DNA of 64,000 nt, taken from NCBI GenBank assembly GCA_964460075.1, contig CAYWPC010000005.1:2873-66872 (forward strand), written 5' to 3'. Below, piece by piece: positions 22,875 through 33,678 of this stretch. The translations under genes and the position numbers were made by a program. The notes below the pieces were generated by a model. It had not been told where the DNA came from, made no database searches, and saw nothing but the letters and a program-made list of their open reading frames with translations. Within the stretch, counting starts at the first letter, position 1. The number at the start of each line of letters is the position of its first letter. This DNA comes from an uncultured Acidimicrobiaceae bacterium. Its GTDB lineage: Bacteria; Actinomycetota; Acidimicrobiia; Spongiisociales; UBA5794.

Positions 22875-22908
22875 CGAGAGAGGGGCGCCCCTAGGGGCGC
22901 CCCTCTCT
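22875..22908. terminator. Perfect 34-bp palindrome gagagaggggcgcccc-ta-ggggcgcccctctctc between the SBP gene and the first permease gene
   Basis: Read directly from the sequence: 16-bp GC-rich stem. Likely an intra-operon attenuator or terminator. Confidence 0.6.
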
Positions 22909-22928
22909 CATGTATTGCTACGCCTGGA

Positions 22929-24044
22929 TCAACGGAATGGTGGGGAGTAAATGAGACCCCCGTCGTACCACTGCATGTTGAAGCTTCCCTCGCGCTCAAG
23001 GTTGAGCGGTCCGAGGTTACGGTCGTAGATCTCGCCGTAGTTGCCAACCTGCTTGATGACCTGATAGAAGGCATCCGCTGACAGTCCCATCTTCGTCTGG
23101 ACCTCATCATCGGAATTACCGAGAAGTCGGGACATCTCGGGATTCACGCTCATCATGTCATCAACATTCCCTGACGTAACGCCGTTCTCTTCAGCGGCGA
23201 ACGTTGCGAACACCGTCCACTGCACGATGTCGAACCAGGTGGAGTCGTTCTGACGGACGACAGGACCTAGCGGCTCCTTGGAGATTGGCGACGTTGGGAA
23301 AATCACCCATTTATCTGCACCAGGTGTCCCGGCTGCGATGTTCGCTGCACGGTTCCCGAACAGGCCAGAGCCGTCGGTCGTAACGATGTCGCACGTACCG
23401 GCGATGAACTTGTCCATCGCGTCGGAGAAGTTCTCTACGGTCTCGAGAGAGATCGTTACGCCAGCAACTGCTGCGCCCTCAGAAATATTCTGCTCGGTGG
23501 TCGTTCCTGCATTCGTGCAGACGACTGCGCCGTCGATTGCTGCGAATCCAGCATCGACGCTCAAGCCGTCCAACCTCGCAGGATCACCCATGATCTGCTG
23601 GCCGTCGTAGAACGTCGTCGCTACGAAGTCGAGTGCCAAATCCGTGTCACGAGTCTGGGTCCAGGTCGTGTTCCGGATGAGAACGTCAATCTCGCCGGTA
23701 TCCAGTGCGGCGAACCGCTCCTTCGCCGTCAACTGACGGAACTCGACAGCATTCGCGTCACCGAGAACAGCTGCGGCCACTGCGCGGCAGTAGTCGGCGT
23801 CAAAGCCCTTTACGTTTCCTTGCGGATCCGTCTCCGTGAACCCGGCAGCGCCGGTCGAGACGCCACACTTGAGCGTTCCGCGAGCAACCACTTCTGCAAG
23901 TGTTCCCTCGCCGCTCGGGGCGGCCTGGCCGCTGTCGGTCTGCTCAACCGTAGTGGTTGTTGCATCGTCGCCTTCGCTCGTGCTCGCACATGCTGCGGCC
24001 ACAAGAGCGAGGACGGCAAAGAGCACAGCAAGTCGCTTCAGCAT
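22929..24044 (-). CDS. General L-amino-acid ABC transporter substrate-binding lipoprotein (AapJ-like)
   Basis: Lipoprotein signal MLKRLAVLFAVLALVAAAC. Family-3 SBP fold motifs. Confidence 0.85.
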   Translation of the reverse strand: MLKRLAVLFAVLALVAAACASTSEGDDATTTTVEQTDSGQAAPSGEGTLAEVVARGTLKCGVSTGAAGFTETDPQGNVKGFDADYCRAVAAAVLGDANAVEFRQLTAKERFAALDTGEIDVLIRNTTWTQTRDTDLALDFVATTFYDGQQIMGDPARLDGLSVDAGFAAIDGAVVCTNAGTTTEQNISEGAAVAGVTISLETVENFSDAMDKFIAGTCDIVTTDGSGLFGNRAANIAAGTPGADKWVIFPTSPISKEPLGPVVRQNDSTWFDIVQWTVFATFAAEENGVTSGNVDDMMSVNPEMSRLLGNSDDEVQTKMGLSADAFYQVIKQVGNYGEIYDRNLGPLNLEREGSFNMQWYDGGLIYSPPFR

Positions 24045-24282
24045 GCTGTAACCCCTCCTCTTTTTTTGCTTGTAGTTACGTGATGAGAAACATCACTTGC
24101 CACCGTCCGTGAACGGAAGCGACTCCAACCTAGCCATGCTCGGTGTCACCTGCCAAGCGGATCTTTTGAAATGCGCGGCAGAGATGACGAAGTCGCAGGA
24201 CATCCGATACGTCAAATCCCGTCTGCGCAACGAGATGGCCCTGCGAAAGTCGAGAAGGTGCGCTGCACGAGTAAGGAAGTAG

Positions 24283-25590
<1,308 letters not shown>

Positions 25591-25595
25591 CGGGT

Positions 25596-26873
25596 ATGCG
25601 CGTCCTTCTCCTCGGCGGTGGCGGCAGGGAACATGCAATCGGGTGGAAACTCGCGCAGAGCCCTCTCCTCGACCGCCTCGTGTCGTGCCCTGGCAACCCA
25701 GGTCTGGCGCAACTCGGAGACGTCGTACCAGACGTGGATCCCTCCAGTCCGGCCGCCGTCGTGAGACTCTGCGCTGAACGCGAGATCGACCTTGTCGTGA
25801 TCGGACCGGAAGGCCCACTAGCGGCAGGAGTCGCCGACGCCCTACATGTCGCAGCAGTACCTGTGTTCGGACCAGGCGCCGCTGGAGCACGTCTCGAATC
25901 CTCGAAGTCGTTCGCCAAGGAAATCATGGCCGCCGCGCATGTTCCAACCGCTCAATCGGCCACCTACGTAGACCGCGAAGCTGCCGTCATGAGACTCGAG
26001 GAACTCGATGGGCCCTATGTGGTGAAAGCCGACGGACTCGCAGCAGGCAAAGGCGTGCTGGTGACGGAATCCATTGAGCACGCCATCACCTGGATCGACG
26101 CATGCCTCGGCGGTCGCTTCGGATCAGCCGGTGCCTCGATCGTGATCGAGGACTACCTCAAGGGCGACGAGATCTCGATCTTCTACGTCTGTGCACGAGG
26201 CGACGCTATCCCCCTCGAACCGGCACGTGACTACAAGCGGCTCGACGACGGCGACACCGGTCCCAATACGGGAGGGATGGGTGCCTATTCGCCCGTCCAC
26301 GACATTCCGACTGGGCTCGTCGAGTGGACAACCAACAACGTGACGTTGCCGGTTCTGCGAGAGTTGGCACGTCGAGGCATCACCTACACCGGATTCCTAT
26401 ACGTGGGTTTGATGATGACGGAGACCGGGCCGAAGGTTCTCGAGTTCAACTGCCGGCTCGGCGATCCAGAGACACAAGTGCTCATGCCGAGGCTCGAATC
26501 CGACCTCCTCCGCGTGCTCAATGCTGCGGCAACGACTGGCCTCACCGGCCAAGTGCTGGAGTGGTCACCTCAATCTGCTGTCGATGTTGTCCTTGCGTCC
26601 CAGGGATACCCAGATGACCCCGAGGTAGGTTTTGCAATCATCGGTCTCGAGCATGTGAACGAAGCACTCGTCTTCCACGCAGGCACGATCCATGCAGAGA
26701 CTGGATTCCTCACGGCGGGCGGACGAGTCCTGAATGTCGTTGGGTCCGGCACCACGCTCGACGAGGCTCGGCTCGAAGCATATGCAGCGGCGAACCTGGT
26801 TCAGTTCCGTGGGAAGCAGAACCGGAGCGATATCGCACTTCGAGCATCCACACCCAGAGAGGAAGGGACATGA
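25596..26873 (+). CDS. purD: Phosphoribosylamine--glycine ligase
   Basis: MRVLLLGGGGREHAIGWKL N-terminus, ATP-grasp core. Confidence 0.95.
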   Translation: MRVLLLGGGGREHAIGWKLAQSPLLDRLVSCPGNPGLAQLGDVVPDVDPSSPAAVVRLCAEREIDLVVIGPEGPLAAGVADALHVAAVPVFGPGAAGARLESSKSFAKEIMAAAHVPTAQSATYVDREAAVMRLEELDGPYVVKADGLAAGKGVLVTESIEHAITWIDACLGGRFGSAGASIVIEDYLKGDEISIFYVCARGDAIPLEPARDYKRLDDGDTGPNTGGMGAYSPVHDIPTGLVEWTTNNVTLPVLRELARRGITYTGFLYVGLMMTETGPKVLEFNCRLGDPETQVLMPRLESDLLRVLNAAATTGLTGQVLEWSPQSAVDVVLASQGYPDDPEVGFAIIGLEHVNEALVFHAGTIHAETGFLTAGGRVLNVVGSGTTLDEARLEAYAAANLVQFRGKQNRSDIALRASTPREEGT

Positions 26874-27322
26874 CAGTGAAGGTCGCGATCTTGATGGGAT
26901 CTGATAAGGACCTGCCAAAGATGGAGCCGTGCGCATCGGTCTTGCAGTCGTTCGGGGTCGATCACGAGATCCACGTCATGTCGGCTCACCGCACTCCAGA
27001 GAAGGTCGCAGAGTTTGCGGCGGCTGCTCGCGGTAACGGTTTCGGTATCGTCATCTGTGGAGCGGGGAAGGCAGCCCACCTCGCTGGAGCGGTCGCAGCG
27101 CACTCTTCCCTGCCGGTGATCGGCATCCCGATCGCGACTGGAGGGCTCGGAGGCGTCGACGCGTTGTACTCGACCGTCCAGATGCCAACCGGCATACCTG
27201 TTGCAACCGTTGCCATCGACAGCGCCGCCAACGCCGCATATCTCGCCGTGTCAATACTGTCGGTATCGGATCCGGATCTCGCTAGCCGACTTGACTCCTA
27301 CAGGAAGGGCCTGAAGGGATGA
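26870..27322 (+). CDS. purE: N5-carboxyaminoimidazole ribonucleotide mutase
   Basis: VAILMGSDKD...GAGKAAHLAG...PVIGIP motifs. 4-bp overlap with purD. Confidence 0.9.
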   Translation: MTVKVAILMGSDKDLPKMEPCASVLQSFGVDHEIHVMSAHRTPEKVAEFAAAARGNGFGIVICGAGKAAHLAGAVAAHSSLPVIGIPIATGGLGGVDALYSTVQMPTGIPVATVAIDSAANAAYLAVSILSVSDPDLASRLDSYRKGLKG

Positions 27323-28617
27323 TCGAGCGGTACTCGACACCCGAGATGGCAGCGGTGTGGTCCGAGGACCACAAGCTCGCTGTCTGGAAAGAGGTCGAGA
27401 CACTGGTCGTCGAGGCCTGGGTCGAACTCGGTGTCGCACCTCCAGAGGCAGCAGCTGCGGCAAGGCGAGCACCGAACGTCGACCCTGTGGCATGGAAGGA
27501 GAGGGAGGAGGTCACGAATCACGATGTCGCTGCTTTCGTCGACCTGCTTGCCGCGTCGGTAGAAGCCGGTGGCGAATGGATCCACTTCGGTCTGACGTCA
27601 TCAGATGTGCTCGACACCGCAGGAGGGGTCCTGTTGAAGGAAGCGGGGGAACTTCTCTTGTCTGCCGTCGAGGAACTGTTCACCGTCACCAAGGACCGCG
27701 CGTTCGAGTTCAAGGACACGATCATGATTGGTCGCACGCACGGTATCTGGGCCGAGCCGACGTCGTTCGGCTTGAAGCTTGCAAACTGGGCCTTCGAGAT
27801 CGAGCGCGATCACGAGCGGCTCATCGATGCGGTCAACGGCGTTTCCTACGGAAAGACCTCTGGTGCTGTCGGCACCTATGCACATACGCCACCCGATGTC
27901 GAGTCATTCGTGTGTGCTCGCCTGGGCCTCAACCCCGAGCCCGCATCGACGCAGGTGATCCCCCGCGATCGTCACGCTCACTTCCTCTCAGTGCTTGCAC
28001 TTATCGGATCATCGATCGAGCGCTTCGCCACCGAGATCAGGCATCTTCAGCGATCCGAGGTCGCCGAGGTGAGGGAGGCGTTTCGCACAGGCCAAAAAGG
28101 ATCCTCTGCCATGCCACACAAGCGGAATCCGATCGGCTCTGAGAACCTCACTGGTATCTCGCGGCTGCTGCGCGGCTACGCATCGACTGGGCTCGAGAAC
28201 GTGGCCCTGTGGCACGAGCGAGACATCTCGCATTCGAGTGTCGAGCGTGTTGTGCTCCCAGACGCCACGATCGTCCTTCACTATGCGCTCACGCGTATGA
28301 GGCGCCTCATCGAGAACCTCGTTGTTGACACAGACCGCATGCAGAAGAATCTGGATGCAACCCGTGGCCTGGTCAGCTCACAAGCTGTGCTGCTGGCACT
28401 GATCGGCTCTGGTTATACGCGTGACGAGGCGTACCGAATCGTACAGCGCAACGCTTTGGCTGCATGGGATGGAGGCGACGCGTTGCTGGAAAGGCTCACG
28501 GCTGACCAGGATGTCGCCATCGATTCCGATACGCTCGCTGCGTGCTTCACCCCAGAGCGCGCCCTCCGAAACGCCGACACCATCTTCAACCGTCTCTCCT
28601 CGACTGTTCTTGCGTAA
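27319..28617 (+). CDS. purB: Adenylosuccinate lyase
   Basis: MIERYSTPEM... and the fumarase/ASL signature GSSAMPHKRNP. Its TAA stop lies inside palindrome copy 1. Confidence 0.95.
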   Translation: MIERYSTPEMAAVWSEDHKLAVWKEVETLVVEAWVELGVAPPEAAAAARRAPNVDPVAWKEREEVTNHDVAAFVDLLAASVEAGGEWIHFGLTSSDVLDTAGGVLLKEAGELLLSAVEELFTVTKDRAFEFKDTIMIGRTHGIWAEPTSFGLKLANWAFEIERDHERLIDAVNGVSYGKTSGAVGTYAHTPPDVESFVCARLGLNPEPASTQVIPRDRHAHFLSVLALIGSSIERFATEIRHLQRSEVAEVREAFRTGQKGSSAMPHKRNPIGSENLTGISRLLRGYASTGLENVALWHERDISHSSVERVVLPDATIVLHYALTRMRRLIENLVVDTDRMQKNLDATRGLVSSQAVLLALIGSGYTRDEAYRIVQRNALAAWDGGDALLERLTADQDVAIDSDTLAACFTPERALRNADTIFNRLSSTVLA

Positions 28618-28656
28618 CTGAGTCCCGCATTGCGGGACTCAGTTACGCAAGAACAG
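28604..28656. repeat. 53-bp hairpin palindrome, copy 1: ctgttcttgcgtaactgagtcccgc-att-gcgggactcagttacgcaagaacag
   Basis: 25-bp perfect stems and a 3-nt loop. Identical to copy 2 at 29598..29650. Contains TAA in both orientations. Confidence 0.9.
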
Positions 28657-29557
28657 ATGAGACGGTTGCTGCGGTGCGATCGGACTCGACAGTCACGTCA
28701 TTCCACGTAAAGCGAAGTGTTCTCCAGCCGAGCGCCTGAGTCCGGTTTTGTTTGTCACGGTCGCGTTGAAAGGCCTGTGAGTCAGAGTGATATGAGCGGC
28801 CATCGACTTCGATCAACAGCCGACGCTCCACGTATGCAAAGTCGGCACGACACACAATCCTGCCATCGTCGCCAACGACCTCATACTGAATGGCAGGCAG
28901 TTCGATGCCCCTGTCGAAAAGGTTCCGAAGAAAGCGATCTTCAAGAAGGCTCTCGGTCCTCCCGCTCACGCCTCGGTACATATCGAGCAGAGGCCGTATG
29001 ACACCAACGCCCCTTCGACCTCGCTTCGCAACCCTTGTCACGAAGGAGTCGATATCTGCAATGGTAAAGAGTTCCATCCGGATACCTGTGCTTAGCGCAC
29101 GCTCGACCAGCCACGGGCTTGTCGCGCCGAGATCGACAACGGTTCTCGGAGCACTCGTCACAGGTACGCCGCCGAGCCACATCTGATCAGACGCACAGAG
29201 GTCCAGCGATTCGTGCACCGCGCAATCGTGTCGGTGTTCTCGTTGCCATCGGCGAACCACAACGTGCGTGTCCCTTGGCCGCTGATTGATCATGCCCCAC
29301 AGGTACGCGGCCGAGTCATGTGAAATCGCGGCGTGAGGACCAATCGACAGCGCCTGCACGACGAGATCTTGGTCAAGCGTTGCTGGGCTTCCGCCGAACG
29401 CATAGACGGCTGGAGCACATCGCCTCAGCTGTCCTCGCGCCACTCTGCGCTCGATCATCGATGTCGATAGGCCAGCGCTGCGCAACGACTCCGCATGAAT
29501 CACGCCATGCTGTTGCTCAGCAACATACGCCGCGTGGGTATCAACTACGGTCCACAT
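28643..29557 (-). CDS. DUF559 (Vsr-like endonuclease fold) protein with AbiEi-antitoxin-like N-terminal domain
   Basis: N-terminus GVIHAESLRSAGLS...RRVARGQL is AbiEi_4-like. C-terminus RADFAYVERRLLIEVDGRSYHSDSQAFQRDRDKQNRTQALGWRTLRFTWNDV is DUF559. Stop codon sits inside palindrome copy 1. Confidence 0.75.
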   Translation of the reverse strand: MWTVVDTHAAYVAEQQHGVIHAESLRSAGLSTSMIERRVARGQLRRCAPAVYAFGGSPATLDQDLVVQALSIGPHAAISHDSAAYLWGMINQRPRDTHVVVRRWQREHRHDCAVHESLDLCASDQMWLGGVPVTSAPRTVVDLGATSPWLVERALSTGIRMELFTIADIDSFVTRVAKRGRRGVGVIRPLLDMYRGVSGRTESLLEDRFLRNLFDRGIELPAIQYEVVGDDGRIVCRADFAYVERRLLIEVDGRSYHSDSQAFQRDRDKQNRTQALGWRTLRFTWNDVTVESDRTAATVSSVLA

Positions 29558-29597
29558 GCGTACACCCTGTCAAACCGAGAGCACCGTTACCACCTGT

Positions 29598-29650
29598 CTG
29601 TTCTTGCGTAACTGAGTCCCGCATTGCGGGACTCAGTTACGCAAGAACAG
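29598..29650. repeat. 53-bp hairpin palindrome, copy 2 (identical to copy 1)
   Basis: Exact 53/53 identity to 28604..28656. Ends 5 bp before the purC ATG at 29656. Confidence 0.9.
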
Positions 29651-29655
29651 ACAGC

Positions 29656-30588
29656 ATGGAGGTCAACAGGCAACGCCGGTCGGCTACCATCGCACTCGTG
29701 CCAGCGCTGGAACACCTTGGATCAGGCAAGGTCCGCGAGCTCTACCGCGTCGACGACGACCGCCTCCTCATCGTTGCATCCGATCGCATATCCGCCTTTG
29801 ACGTCGTTCTCGGCGAGGACATCCCGCACAAGGGTCAGGTTCTCACGGGGCTGTCACTCCACTGGTTCGAGATTCTCGATACACCGCACCATCTCCTCTC
29901 TGCGGACACGTCCACGATGGGGTTCCTCACGCCGTCGCAGCGCTCCGCCTTTGCCGCCCGCGCGATGCTCGTGCGGGCAGCAAGCGTCATCCCGATGGAG
30001 TGCGTGATCCGTGGATATTTGTACGGATCATCATGGAAGGAGTACATCTCAGGTGGCGGACCAACGACAGAGCATCTCCCGAATGGCTTGGAGATGGCGG
30101 ACAAGCTCCAAGAGCCAATCTTCACGCCAGCGACGAAGGCGGAGAGCGGCCATGACGAGAACCTCACGGAAGCCGAGGCACGGGCCTTCGTTGGTGACGA
30201 CGTGTATGAGGAACTTCGATCGCGCTCGATGGAAATCTACCTAAGAGGTGCAGCATACGCTTCCGAGCATGGCATCATCCTCGCCGACACCAAGTTCGAA
30301 TTCGGCACGATCGGCAACGAAATCGTTCTCATCGATGAAGTGTTGACGCCTGACTCGTCGCGCTACTGGCCCGCAGATGCCTGGTCCCCCGGACGAGTCA
30401 TGCCATCGTTCGACAAGCAGCCCGTTAGAGACTGGCTCGATAACCAGGACGGCTGGGACAAGACTCCGCCAGCTCCGCCACTACCTCACGATGTACTCCA
30501 GGCCACCTCCGATCGATACATCGACGCATACGAACGCCTCACCGGGGATGACTTCGACACATATCTCGACGCCATGGCTGCCTCATGA
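29656..30588 (+). CDS. purC: Phosphoribosylaminoimidazole-succinocarboxamide synthase (SAICAR synthetase)
   Basis: LGSGKVRELYRVDDDRLLIVASDRISAFD motif. Start moved to the ATG at 29656; upstream track residues translate the palindrome. Confidence 0.9.
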   Translation: MEVNRQRRSATIALVPALEHLGSGKVRELYRVDDDRLLIVASDRISAFDVVLGEDIPHKGQVLTGLSLHWFEILDTPHHLLSADTSTMGFLTPSQRSAFAARAMLVRAASVIPMECVIRGYLYGSSWKEYISGGGPTTEHLPNGLEMADKLQEPIFTPATKAESGHDENLTEAEARAFVGDDVYEELRSRSMEIYLRGAAYASEHGIILADTKFEFGTIGNEIVLIDEVLTPDSSRYWPADAWSPGRVMPSFDKQPVRDWLDNQDGWDKTPPAPPLPHDVLQATSDRYIDAYERLTGDDFDTYLDAMAAS

Positions 30589-30833
30589 CGTACACATTCG
30601 TTGTCCGAATCGGGCGAAAGCCCGGACTCTCCGATCCTGAAGGAACAACCACAGCCAAGGCCCTCAAAGACCTGGGATTCGACGAGGTCAGCAGTGTCAC
30701 ATTCGGACGCACGATCACCCTCGAAGTCGATGCAGACTCCGAGATTGCCGCCAGAACCCGCATCGACGCAATGTGCTCCAAGCTGCTTGCAAACCCGGTG
30801 ATGGAGCACTACATCATCGAGGCAGTGTCGTGA
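30585..30833 (+). CDS. purS: FGAM synthase PurS subunit
   Basis: 82-aa PurS-like sequence. 4-bp overlap with purC. Confidence 0.88.
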   Translation: MTYTFVVRIGRKPGLSDPEGTTTAKALKDLGFDEVSSVTFGRTITLEVDADSEIAARTRIDAMCSKLLANPVMEHYIIEAVS

Positions 30834-31522
30834 CAATCGCCGTTGTGGTGTTCCCAGGAACCAACTGCGAACACGACATCACCTACGCGCTCGAACTGAT
30901 CGGAGCCGACGTCGACCAGGTGTGGCACCACGACACGGATCTCTCTGGCGCAAGCGGTGTGGTGTTGCCAGGAGGCTTCGCCCACGGCGACTATCTCCGC
31001 ACAGGGGCAATCGCCCGCTTCTCCCCTGTCATGGCAGAAGTTGAACGCCTCGCTGCCGAGGGTGTTCCGATCATCGGAATCTGCAACGGATTCCAGATCC
31101 TCTGTGAAGCAGGCATCCTTCCAGGCGGACTGATCGCCAACAGGGACCTCCGGTTCATCTGCAAACCCGTCTATGTCCGGGTTGAGTCCACCAACAGTGT
31201 GCTCACGCGGGCAGCCGATGTAGGCCAGATTCTACGCATCCCCCTCAACTCGTTCGAAGGCAACTACATCCCAACCGATCACACCGCACCCGACGATGAC
31301 GACGGCGTGATTCTGCGATACTGCGATGCTTCCGGCACGGTTGACGACACATCGAATCCAAACGGATCCACGAGATCCATCGCAGGCGTCGCCAACAACA
31401 TCGGTAATGTCGCCGCACTGATGCCGCACCCCGAACGAGCAGTCGAAGACATTCTCGGCTCTGTCGACGGACGAGTGCTCATCGAATCGTTTGTCGCGTC
31501 GGTCGAGACCGTCCACGCATGA
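30830..31522 (+). CDS. purQ: FGAM synthase I, glutaminase subunit PurQ
   Basis: GTG start overlapping the purS stop (GTGA). [12 protein letters not shown] and GICNGFQIL catalytic Cys motif. Confidence 0.9.
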   Translation: MTIAVVVFPGTNCEHDITYALELIGADVDQVWHHDTDLSGASGVVLPGGFAHGDYLRTGAIARFSPVMAEVERLAAEGVPIIGICNGFQILCEAGILPGGLIANRDLRFICKPVYVRVESTNSVLTRAADVGQILRIPLNSFEGNYIPTDHTAPDDDDGVILRYCDASGTVDDTSNPNGSTRSIAGVANNIGNVAALMPHPERAVEDILGSVDGRVLIESFVASVETVHA

Positions 31523-33678
31523 CGTCCCAACACGTCCCTGCTCACATCCAACTCGGGATGACTGACAGTGAATACGAAGATGTCATCGACATCCTGGGAC
31601 GCGAGCCCCGGCCGGCAGAGCTCGCCATGTACTCTGTGATGTGGTCGGAGCACTGCTCGTATAAGTCTTCGCGCGAACATCTCTCACGGTTCCGCTCCCA
31701 CCAACCCTGGGTCGTGCTTGGTCCTGGCGAGAACGCAGGAGTCGTCGACCTCGGTGATGGTTGGCTGGCGGCGCTACGGATCGAGAGCCACAACCACCCA
31801 TCGTACGTCGAGCCGTATCAGGGCGCAGCTACCGGCGTCGGTGGCATTCTGCGGGACATCTTCACCATGGGGGCCAGGCCGATCGCCGTGTGGGATCCAC
31901 TCCGCTTCGGCCCTCTTGAGGAAGCCCACAACCGGTACCTGTTGGAGGGTGTCGTATCTGGAATCGCTGGATACGGAAACGCCGTGGGCGTCCCAACCCT
32001 CGGCGGCGAGGTCGAATTCGCTGACCGATTCTCGAAGAATCCGCTCGTGAACGTGATGGCACTCGGCATCCTCAGACAGGACCAACTCGTACTTTCAGCA
32101 GCATCGGGTGAAGGCAACATCGCTGTTCTCCTCGGAAACGCGACAGGCAGAGACGGTATCGGTGGAGCATCGGTCCTTGCGTCTGCTTCCTTCGAACAGG
32201 GTGACGAGGGGAAGCGTCCAAGCGTGCAAGTCGGAGATCCCTTCGAGGAGAAGAAACTGATCGAGGCATGCCTCGAGCTGTACGACAACGGCCTCGTTGT
32301 TGCGATCCAGGATCTCGGTGCCGCCGGCATATCGTGTGCCACGTCCGAGACCGCAGGCAACGGTGGCATGGGCATGGATGTGAACATCGACGCGGTCCAT
32401 ATTCGTGAACCAGGGATGACACCAGGTGAAATCCTCATGTCGGAGTCCCAGGAGCGAATGCTCGCCATCGTCGAACCACAGAAGGCAGCGGAGGTACTCG
32501 CCGTCGCAGCCAAGTGGGATGTCACAGCATCAACCATTGGAACGGTGACACAAGGGCCACAGCTGAGGGTGTACGCCGGAGGGGATCTCGTTGCAGACGT
32601 CCCTGCCGCATCGCTGGCAGACGAAGCTCCCAAGTACAGCCGCCCACGCATGCGTCCAGAATATCTCGACAAAGTGTGGGCCTCGAAGCCGGAAGTTCCT
32701 TGCAACCTCGACGCGGGGCAGGCCCTGCGAGTGCTTCTCGACGACCCTGCGATCGGAGATCGCTCCTGGATTTCGTCGCAGTACGACCACATGCTCTTTC
32801 TCAACACGATCATCGAACCGGGACATGACGCATCCCTGCTCCGAATCAAGGGAACACAGAAAGCACTTGCCGTGGCCACCGACGGCGACGCCCTCCGCAC
32901 CTATCTCGACCCGCGACGGGGCTCTAAGCGGATCGTTTTCGAGTCTGCGCTCAATGTCGCGGTCACAGGCGCTCGACCGTACGCCCTCGTTGACAACCTC
33001 AATTTTGGAAACCCCGAAGTACCTGGGGTCATGTGGCAGTTCGTCGAATCCGTCGAGGGGATCGCATGGGCATGTGAAGAGCTCGACGTACCAGTCGTCG
33101 GTGGAAATGTGTCGTTCTACAACCAGACCGACGGCGTCGACATCTATCCGACACCGGTCGTTGGGATGCTCGGCTTCTGCGATCCACGGCCTGAGCGTCC
33201 ACCGCGACTCGATCGAGCTGCGGAAGGGATGAGTATCTGGATCGTGGGACAGGACGCCCAAGGCGACTTCGCTGCTTCGGCCTACGACCGGATCATCAAC
33301 GGGCACCTTGGGGGTCGTCCGCTCGACGTGGAGGGGGACACGGCCAGACGCGTCATTGCAGCAGCTGCCGCACTCGCGTACGAGGTTCCCGTGCTCCATG
33401 ACATATCCGTTGGCGGTCTTGCCGTCTCGCTCGCGGAGATCGCCTTCGCGTCCGGCGTCGGATTCACGATCGACGGTACATCAGGTGGCAGCCTTTTCGA
33501 TGAGACTCCGCTACGTTTCGTCGCCGTCACACGAGGCGACGATCTAGAAACGCAGGTACCGAGCCGCAGGATCGGAACGGTTGGTGGCGACGTCCTCGAC
33601 TTCGGTGCCGCAGGCTCGATCACACACCGAGAGGCGAGAGCGATCTGGGAAGACGCACTGCCCAGACGCCTACGATGA
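31519..33678 (+). CDS. purL: FGAM synthase II, large subunit PurL
   Basis: 719-aa AIRS-fold duplication typical of PurL. 4-bp overlaps on both sides. Confidence 0.95.
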   Translation: MTSQHVPAHIQLGMTDSEYEDVIDILGREPRPAELAMYSVMWSEHCSYKSSREHLSRFRSHQPWVVLGPGENAGVVDLGDGWLAALRIESHNHPSYVEPYQGAATGVGGILRDIFTMGARPIAVWDPLRFGPLEEAHNRYLLEGVVSGIAGYGNAVGVPTLGGEVEFADRFSKNPLVNVMALGILRQDQLVLSAASGEGNIAVLLGNATGRDGIGGASVLASASFEQGDEGKRPSVQVGDPFEEKKLIEACLELYDNGLVVAIQDLGAAGISCATSETAGNGGMGMDVNIDAVHIREPGMTPGEILMSESQERMLAIVEPQKAAEVLAVAAKWDVTASTIGTVTQGPQLRVYAGGDLVADVPAASLADEAPKYSRPRMRPEYLDKVWASKPEVPCNLDAGQALRVLLDDPAIGDRSWISSQYDHMLFLNTIIEPGHDASLLRIKGTQKALAVATDGDALRTYLDPRRGSKRIVFESALNVAVTGARPYALVDNLNFGNPEVPGVMWQFVESVEGIAWACEELDVPVVGGNVSFYNQTDGVDIYPTPVVGMLGFCDPRPERPPRLDRAAEGMSIWIVGQDAQGDFAASAYDRIINGHLGGRPLDVEGDTARRVIAAAAALAYEVPVLHDISVGGLAVSLAEIAFASGVGFTIDGTSGGSLFDETPLRFVAVTRGDDLETQVPSRRIGTVGGDVLDFGAAGSITHREARAIWEDALPRRLR

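Noticed and set aside
28542-28739. Short + ORFs whose peptides contain CSCVTESRIAGLSYARTD (also at the start of the track's purC ORF and in ORFs around 22787-23081 containing ERGAPLGAPLS)
   Set aside because: These peptides are translations of the 53-bp palindrome and of the 34-bp palindrome at 22875. They repeat because the DNA repeats, not because they are protein domains.
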